DNA from: Eledone cirrhosa
Taxonomy: Eukaryota
Direction: 5' to 3'
Length of the DNA stretch: 64,000 nt
Assembly: GCA_964016885.1 (NCBI GenBank)
Contig: OZ024746.1
Span: 67,332,001 to 67,396,000 of the forward strand
This document shows positions 54,895 to 64,000 of this stretch, one piece after another. Made by a program: the position numbers and the translations under genes. The notes under the pieces are model-generated. The model ran no database searches. It had not been told where the DNA came from and saw only the letters and a list, made by a program, of their open reading frames with translations. How positions within the stretch are numbered: position 1 is the first letter of the stretch; the number at the start of each line of letters is the position of its first letter.

Positions 54895-55900
54895 ATTCAT
54901 CTGTGACACTAGTCATTGCCATTCCCTCCCTTTCCCGTTTTCTTTTTTTTCTTGCTCTCCATTGTCTCTACTTTTTTTTACTTTAGATTCTATTCTTCTC
55001 AATCTAAATTTTCTTTTTTTCTGTTTCTATTCAACTATATTTACATATATTTCATAAATAAACTTTACTGTGGTAGTTTAATAATCTAAATATTTTTTTT
55101 AATGGCCTTCCACTGTCTGAACAAAATAGCCCATATTCCAAAATGTATAAACCATTATTTATGTCATTAATCTACTCTTGTATAAACTGAACAGTTCCCA
55201 CATCAATTTCCCCTTCGCAAGAACATCTGCAATGGTCGTGGGTTCATCTACTTAAGTCTAACTAAATGAAGCAAGTAGACTGCCTTGACAATGTACAATT
55301 TGTACTCCATCACCTTGTCGTATTGGCGAACTGCCACTCTCCTATCATATTAACGCAAATAGTTCATTTGATAAAGCCTGTATGATACAAAGTTCAGATT
55401 GAGATTCATATTTATTCCGTAGATCTAACAAGTAATTATAACTCCTTTCATTTTCTAAGACCGGAAATTACACCTAGAAAATATATTGGAATCGAGAACA
55501 TAGTAAACATTTTTTTTCTTTTTTAATGGCACAATTTCTCAAATAAATAGTAAACTTCTATGTAGAATATATTCATATCTTTATATAAATTATAAAAGTT
55601 TCCAGAACAGATATTTAAGAAATAATTTATATATTAGTTTGCACGGAAATGACACGACAGAAACTTGCTACTATATCAATTTGATATGTGTATATCTACA
55701 AATAGATATACGGCAGTTAAATATACATAGCAACACAAGGTTTAGTATATAGGTAATAAATTAATGCTTTTAAATATTTAACAGAGAAAATAATGCTATT
55801 TAAATTCTTTAAAATGACTTTATCAGTGACAAATACATAATTCTGGCATTACATTTCATGGAATCAGAGACAGATAATATAATATTAACACAATACATTA

Positions 55901-56032
55901 CCGTATATTAAATGGGAACTTGTATCTTAATTGTTTTTGCTACTAAAAGATTTTTAGTTAAAAATGCTATAAAATAACTTCTTCATAGTATAGCAAAAAC
56001 AATTAAGATACACGTTCCCATTTAATATACAG
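55901..56032. mobile_element. Candidate Tc1/mariner-pogo-type MITE with ~42-bp TIRs and TA flanks
   Basis: ta|ccgtatattaaatgggaacttgtatcttaattgtttttgcta ... tagcaaaaacaattaagatacacgttcccatttaatatacag|ta. Confidence 0.65.
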
Positions 56033-56042
56033 TAACGTACCA

Positions 56043-56208
56043 AGCAACGAATTAGCAGAATCGTTAGAACGTCGGATAGAGTGCTTTGCAGTAATCGTTC
56101 TGGCTCTCTGCTCTCTGAGTTCAAATCCCACCGAGGTCAACTTTGTCTTTCATCCTTTCGAAGTTGATAAATAAGTGCCAATCTAGTACTGGACGAGGGG
56201 GTCGATTC
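56043..56208 (+). mobile_element. tRNA-derived SINE, diverged subfamily
   Basis: tagcagaatcgttag, gagttcaaatcccaccgaggtcaactttgtctttcatcctttcg. Confidence 0.8.
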
Positions 56209-56607
56209 TTCTTTCATACCTCTTTGTCACTTACTGTCTCTCGCTTCCTATCCTTCTCTGGAAGAAATTTAGAGTGTTGAGAGCTAGAGAGGGATAGGCT
56301 CTGCTGGGCTTAAAATACCCAGGAATCACCGGGAATCGCTCCTACGACTCTATCAAGAGTTAAGGAACCATACCAGAGTTATTGAGGGTACTCTCACTGA
56401 ATATAAAATTTTGCACAGCATTTTCATGCAAATTCCCAAACTATACCCATCCTAGTAGATGAAGTATCCTTTTAGAGCAGTTGTCATATAGTTAGTCGCA
56501 GCCCTCTGTACAATTGGTCATATTTGCCAAATTATTTCAATGGTTTATATTTAGCTTATGAATTAAAAGTTTGTTCTATAAAAACATGGCGACATCATCT
56601 ATAATGT

Positions 56608-56894
56608 CGGTTATAGTATATTTCAACAATAAACTGAACAAATCCATACGGTTACAGTATATTTCAACAATAAACTGAACAAATCCATAGGGTTACAGTG
56701 TATTTCAACAATAAACTGAACAAATCCATACGGTTACAGTATATTTCAACAATAAACTGAACAAATCCATACGGTAACAGTGTATTTCAACAATAAACTG
56801 AACAAATCCATACGGTTACAGTATATTTCAAAAATAAACTGAACAAATCCATACGGTTACAGTATATTTCAACAATAAACTGAACAAATCCATA
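56608..56894. repeat. 41-bp minisatellite x 7
   Basis: cggttacagtatatttcaacaataaactgaacaaatccata; 287 bp = 7 units. Confidence 0.95.
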
Positions 56895-57314
56895 AAGAAA
56901 TTATACTGCTGGTGATAGTGTTCCATTCGCCAAAATTTGATCATGGATGACAATTCCATTTCAATCACTTACCTATGTTTATGTTCATTTTTGGTGATAA
57001 ATATTTCGGGATGAATTGTATGAGGCTTAAGTGTCGCATTATTAATATACGTAGTTGTAATTGACAAAGAAAATAATCTGTAGAACGCCAATTATGGAAA
57101 TCTCATACCATTAAATATGTATCAACAAATACGACACTCGGGATATTTCCAATTAAAGTCTTATCATATTCCGTAACAATCAAATACAAATCTAAACTTC
57201 GCTACATACTATTTTACACGGACTAATAAGATGGATATTTGGTATTTGTTCTGCAAGCACGTCAATGGTGAAACATTTCACACACACACACACACCCACA
57301 GACACACACACACG

Positions 57315-57426
<112 letters not shown>

Positions 57427-57997
57427 TGTATGTATTATTATTATTAGGTGTTGTTGATGTAAATTGCTAATATTAGTCATTTCCTTCAAATTTAGATATA
57501 TTTAATTTACTTGCAGAAATAATATAATAATATCTCGTATAAAATATATTATCTATGGTAAACAAGGGCTACTCTTCAATTTAATAACAATTCATAAACT
57601 GTAAATTTGTAATATCACGACTGAGTCGAATCATGATATTTGCATCAGACTTTATCCATATATATATATTCTGTATATATATATATATATGTATATATGT
57701 ATAAGAGAGTGTTCAAGTTTGCTTGAAGCATTGTGGAATAATAAAATTAGTCGTTATGGAAGCCTCAACAATGCAGATTGGTAAATCTCCGGGTAACAAA
57801 ATCAGGTGCCAATGAGAGAGAAATGTAAGGGGAAGGATATAAAGAGACGTAGAGAGCGTAAAAGAACGTAGGAAAAGTGTAAAAAATAATAACACGGGAT
57901 AGAATTACCTTGATAGTGATTTAATAGTCCCTATATTTCGGATTTTGCCTCCATCAACTGGGATCTTTCGACGGGAAAAATGTTGTGTCGGAGAAGG

Positions 57998-58175
<178 letters not shown>

Positions 58176-58311
58176 CAGAAGGAATATTCAATTTGTTGGT
58201 AATTCAACAAATATAAATGTTTATAACTGATTCAGAGCACTCGACATATTTTCTGGAGTATAATATACAATGATATTAAATAAATGGAAACTATATTTAT
58301 AAAACCATATT

Positions 58312-58372
58312 TATTCTATTATATATATTTCAAGGGAACCAACATTTTGGTACGCTATCATCAGATAAAATA
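58312..58372 (-). ncRNA. Type-I hammerhead ribozyme
   Basis: Reverse complement tattttat-CTGATGA-tagcgtaccaa-aatg-ttggttccctt-GAAA-tatata-TA-atagaata, in TA-flanked segment 58174-58460. Confidence 0.8.
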
Positions 58373-58544
58373 CGAAGTGTGTTTTATAAATGTTGATATA
58401 ACCAAGGAGAATATACCTTAACGTTTCAAGTTTTCCAAGGAAAACTTCAACCGTTAAGGTATATATATATATATATATTTATATGGAAATATTTGCAGTT
58501 GTTGTCAGTATTTCAATTCCCTGCATCTAGCTCGTCAATTAATG

Positions 58545-59080
58545 CGGCACTAGCGTTGCAAAAGTTCCACCCGGCAAGAAGTTTTCAGTCTCCAACTGCA
58601 ATTCAATGTGAGTGTCAGAAGCTTTATGGTCGTCACACTGTTCCAAAGCGTAGAACAATTTACGCTATCCATTATAGGTCTCTCGAACAAAAATTTGTTC
58701 TTGACAAACCATGCAGCAGAAGACCTACAACTACCAACATTAATAAAAATAAAAAAGCACCAAACACCTGGCGCAGGCGTTCGGGCAATGCAAGGAAATG
58801 TCTATCCGGAGGGCTGCATTGGAATTCAGCATCGACAAAAGCTCGATTCAGTTGATGCTTCGGAGAGTGATAAAGTTGCCTGTACCGGCTTCAGGTTGTT
58901 CAAATGTTCAAATACTTCAAGCGGAAGATGCTCGTATGGAAATGTCCAAATCACTCCTCCAACATTACCAAAAAGACACTCAACACTTAGAAAATCTATG
59001 GTTCAGTGATGAATCAATCTTTCATTTTTCTGGCCGGGTAAACCAGCATAACGATCGATTTTAGTGAGAATGAAAGCCAG
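58545..59080 (+). pseudogene. Tc1/mariner-superfamily transposase remnant (HTH regions and first catalytic Asp)
   Basis: PKRRTIY..VLDKPCSRRP, then SIRRAALEFSIDKSSIQ..LWFSDESIFHFSGRVNQHNDRF in a shifted frame. Confidence 0.8.
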
Positions 59081-60538
59081 CAGCAATTCTTCTTCTCGGT
59101 ATATTTATGTATATCGTTCTTCCATTTCTTCTTCGTGTATTTAACCATATACTCACCCTCGCATCGTTTCTCTCCTTCCACACGTTGAAACAATAGTAAA
59201 AAAACGCAAACGATAAAATGATGTCCCTTAATTAAATGTATATTGTAGAGCCGAAGTCAGAAGCGTAATTTATTTTATTTAAAACTCACACCCCCATGTC
59301 GCGGAAAGGGGAAGGGATTTTATCAATTAAACAAAAATCGCGACTGAAACCACCAAATAATTCCTTAATTATCTTGTACTTAAGTAGTTAAATACGCTTT
59401 AACCCCAAAAAGCCACGAATGTCCATATCGCCTGCCACTCACTAAAGGAGATGGATCGCAAGGATAGAAGTATGTTAAGCAATATATACTTGTAGCCATT
59501 TTTATTTTTACGTTTCCTTGGTTCTAACGCCTCCTTCTACGAGACACGTTCTCGTGCCAGGCGAAATATTTATTATGTATATATCTACGTATATATGGAC
59601 TCGTAACATCTAAAGAAGTCGCAGGAGCAACATATTGATATACAGTGTTTCTGGGGCATTTTAAAACATGGTAGAGCTCAACGTTTCTGAACACAGTCGA
59701 GAAAGAGATGGGGACTAAGATGGGAAGATAAAAGAAGAATCGATGCTGGTAGTGGACTAATACTTATTTTAACGAGCAGGAAAGGATGAAGGGAAAAGTT
59801 GATCACGACGAGTTTTGAACTCAGAACGCAGATAACTTGAAGGAATACCGCAAAGGATTCTACTCTTCTCCGCCGAATATATGTGTCATATGTGTATCTC
59901 AATTTTCTACTTTTCAGCAGAGCGCTCGATACTAATCTATATAAGTTTCGTCTAGGGCATTATATATTGACCTGTTTTATATATGAATATATAAGTTTTT
60001 ATGTATGTAACATATTACAACATAAAATAATGTAATAAATAATTCTACCCAGATGGGAGATCGTAGATTTTGTGTTAGCGGTACAATGTCTGCCTGTAGT
60101 TTGCAGTTTGGAATCGTAATTTATACTTAGAATTATATTTCAATATATTTCTATTTATATTTATATTTCTAAGAAGACATGAGATATGCATAATACTGTA
60201 TATGTTTACGTTTCTGTATGGAAGCATGTTTCTATGTTTGTAAGTGTGTGTATATCATTTTTTTTTTTATTATCGCTCTACATGGTTGAATACAATAAAT
60301 GTAATCTGAATTTTTCGAATATCAATAATAATATTCGATTTGTTTGCAATATATATATATATCAGGGGAGAGAATCAGTATTGCATCATATACATATTTA
60401 ATTACATATTACATATGTTTCACTGCTAATTAGCTCGAGGAATGATCGAATAATGTTCTATCCTGACTCTGGAATCCCCAAGAACATTGAGTGTTCATCT
60501 TGGCATACCGCCTGCGAACGCAATTTGCAGTTCTACTA

Positions 60539-60570
<32 letters not shown>

Positions 60571-60574
<4 letters not shown>

Positions 60575-61235
60575 CAGAGGTATCCACAGTAAGTTGTGCG
60601 GTCTATTCTGCATGAAGAACTCAATGTAATCCATATGTTGAAAATGTTGTAGGTTAAATGTTATAGGTTAAATCTCGGAAAACAATAAAATATTAAAAGG
60701 AAAACAGAGTTATGATATAAGTTAAAACAATGAAATAAAAAATCAAGTCATTAGAGATATACTTCACTGCTTTACGATCGTTTCTAGATGATGATAATAC
60801 ATTGTAGCTATACTCAGTAATTGATCTATGTACAAATTATCAGATAACAAGAATATTTACTTACATGCATATCACCAGCTCTTTTCAAAAGCAATAATAA
60901 TTTTATTCAATAATAATTTTATTCAATAATAATTTTATTCAGAATTAGTAGTATGTTAGTATCATGTCCTTATTTGGAGGTAGTTCAAATTACCTCCAAA
61001 TAAGGACATGATACTAACATACTACTAATTCTGAATAAAATTATTATTGCTTTTGAAAAGAGCTGGTGATATGCATGTAAGTATATATTCTCTTTATCTG
61101 ATAATTTGTAACTAACCTTACATAGATCAATAACTGAGTATAGGTACAATGTATTTCATCATCTAGAAACGATCGTAAAGCAGTGAAGTATATCTCTAAT
61201 GACTTCATTTTTAATTTCATTGTTTTAACTTATAT
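60571..61235. mobile_element. Fold-back + tail element related to the 2828-10854 terminus; degenerate long-stem-II hammerhead in both arms
   Basis: Arms 60715-60982 / 60991-61235; tail shares tgaagaactcaatgta with ~2871; + arm reads ttattgctt-TTGAAAA-[~106 nt]-GAAA-CGATCG-TA-aagcagtga (61044-61186). Confidence 0.85.
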
Positions 61236-61347
61236 ATATATATATATAATATGTGTGTGTGTATGTGTAAAAGGTAAACAGAAAAAACAACACAATCGTA
61301 TACTGTTTCATTCGGGAGAAATCATCCACCATATTACTTGGACAGTC

Positions 61348-61398
61348 GGCTTCCTGATGAGTTCTCCCGAATGAAATAGTGTTAGTCCTGTAGAAGCC
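61348..61398 (+). ncRNA. Type-I hammerhead with a full stem III (family B)
   Basis: ggcttc-CTGATGA-gttctcccgaat-GAAA-tag[tgttagtc]ctg-TA-gaagcc; short inverted piece at 61302-61325; tail to 61482; 3' fragment also at ~53127-53155. Confidence 0.88.
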
Positions 61399-61874
61399 AT
61401 TTCTATATTAAATATTTATACTCTGCTATGTATTGAGTATCTTACTTACTGTGGTTACCCCCGATTGAGCCAGGGATAAACTTATATATATAGGTCATAT
61501 ATAGTGTTTATATATATAGGTCAAATATATTGTTTTAAAGCTAGAGGCACAGGGAATTATATTTAGAATATTAGTGCATTAGGCTGAGGGATGATTTTTG
61601 TTGTCGAGGTATTTCTCTTGAATTTTATTGTAAAGGCCATAAGGTATTTTTTAAGAGATTGCTTACTGATGAGTTTTCGGCATCCTCAGTCAACTATATT
61701 TTACAAACAGAAGTTATACAATGATGGAAATATTAACGAAAAAGGTTTTTCTTAAAAATTAATTAATGAAAAAGGGAGAAGGGGTGAAGAAGGGCAGATC
61801 TGTGTGTATAGGAAAGTAGAGGGAAGGACTATAAATATAAATGAGAGGCCACAGAAGAAAGGTGGGGACAAAGG

Positions 61875-61907
<33 letters not shown>

Positions 61908-61911
61908 ATAA

Positions 61912-62123
61912 TAATTGGTTCCACTTTAGGCACAAGGCCTGCAATTTGAAGGGGAGCAGAAAGTCGATTAAATCAACCCCAGTGCATTACTTGTTGTCGA
62001 CGCCGTAAGGATGAAAGGCAAAGGTAAGCTCGGCAGGATTTGAACTCAGAATGTAAAGGGCCGCTACACTATGTTGCGAATCATGGTGTCTGACGCTCTA
62101 CAGACACTGCCAATACCCCGCCC
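61912..62123 (-). mobile_element. tRNA-derived SINE
   Basis: ggcacaaggcc..gtaaggatgaaaggcaaag..ggatttgaactcag..ctgccaataccccgccc. Confidence 0.85.
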
Positions 62124-62270
62124 TATATATATATATATATATAATGGTAATAACAATATATATGTATACATATATTATACACACATATAATGTATGCACC
62201 AATGTATATATATATATATATATATAATATCGGTGTGTGTGTGTTTGTGTGTATGTGTATTTACATATGC

Positions 62271-62377
<107 letters not shown>

Positions 62378-62700
62378 GCGAAAGTCCCGTTTGCCAGTGT
62401 CTCATTATTTCAACAACACATACAATCAGTGTAGGACCTGACAAGTCATGCAAGAAACCAAGTTAGTGGAACATTAATTCTGTTATCAGCTTCCTACTGA
62501 TGTTCTTGAAAAGATATCCACATCATTGTAATGTGACGTAGCCTGTTCTATCACACATTTTGTAAGAAAACAGCATATATTGATTATATAGCTTAACAAA
62601 CAAGAGAGAGATTCCTGGCTTGTAATCAAATTAAAAAGGTACGATATATATATATATATATATACTGTGAGTATTTGTGTGTGTATACATCTTACCTTAA

Positions 62701-62776
<76 letters not shown>

Positions 62777-62866
62777 AGAAATTTATTATTCGTAAATGCA
62801 ACCCGCCAAATTGGCATCCTTGTTTATCTCACTCTAACAATCTCTCTCTCTCTCTCTATTTCTCTC

Positions 62867-63007
<141 letters not shown>

Positions 63008-63039
63008 GTATATATATATATACGTGTGTATATATATAC

Positions 63040-63085
<46 letters not shown>

Positions 63086-63201
63086 ATATATATATACGTC
63101 TATATATATATATATATATATATGCATGTTTATGAAAACTAACATACACATATATATGTATTACAAATATGAATACATGAATACATGGAGTTAAATTTAT
63201 A

Positions 63202-63257
<56 letters not shown>

Positions 63258-63266
63258 CATATATGC

Positions 63267-63694
<428 letters not shown>

Positions 63695-64000
63695 TGTAGC
63701 CAGCGTAAATATTTATGAAGATTGATGCGTATATGTATATACACATATACGTATTATATTCTTTGCCACTGAATCAATATCGATTATCAGATAGTGAAAC
63801 ATTGAATTACATCTGCAATGTTATTCGACCAAATATTCAACATTTTATTTTGAGTATTACCTCAAGAATTTTTCTAATTCATACTGGGATATGGACTAAT
63901 ATCTATAGTGTTTATTAACTATATTTACATTCTCCTATGAAGACAAATGTTCTGATAACCTCTTTCAAGTGAGATTTTACACTTTTATAGGCATAAGCAA

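Noticed and set aside
56608-56894. CRISPR-like array
   Set aside because: Contiguous repeats without unique spacers, in a eukaryotic context.
57925-57966. Minus-strand TTGATGG-aggcaaaatcc-GAAA-tata-ggga hammerhead remnant
   Set aside because: Two core changes and an offset stem I; too degenerate to call.
61660-61725. CTGATGAG followed by a distant GAAG
   Set aside because: No convincing stems or UH site.

Overview
AT-rich eukaryotic non-coding DNA. The (TA)n/(CA)n abundance and the SINE types suggest a cephalopod such as Octopus (inference). I could not support any host gene; nearly all long ORFs in the track are microsatellite translations. The real content is mobile DNA. (1) Three 5'-truncated Penelope-like retroelements (PLEs) of Naiad type, with RT motif YRDD, a CxCx5C linker and a C-terminal GIY-YIG: an uninterrupted RT-EN frame at 12102-14108 (-), a decayed copy at 32976-34952 (-), and an EN-only copy at 5399-6151 (+) inside a ~2.4-kb-arm inverted repeat. 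(2) About 10 near-canonical and about 8 degenerate type-I hammerhead ribozyme motifs from many families. Most lie in short elements inserted into (TA)n tracts with a recurring 'fold-back + tail' layout. (3) About 10 tRNA-derived SINEs, two RTE-type LINE fragments, a Tc1/mariner remnant, two candidate MITEs and tandem repeats. Most notable are hammerheads with a very long stem II, a PLE whose 3' region is mostly complex microsatellite, and one copy with a clustered A-to-G signature suggesting ADAR editing of the RNA before retrotransposition. All alignments and folds were done by eye.
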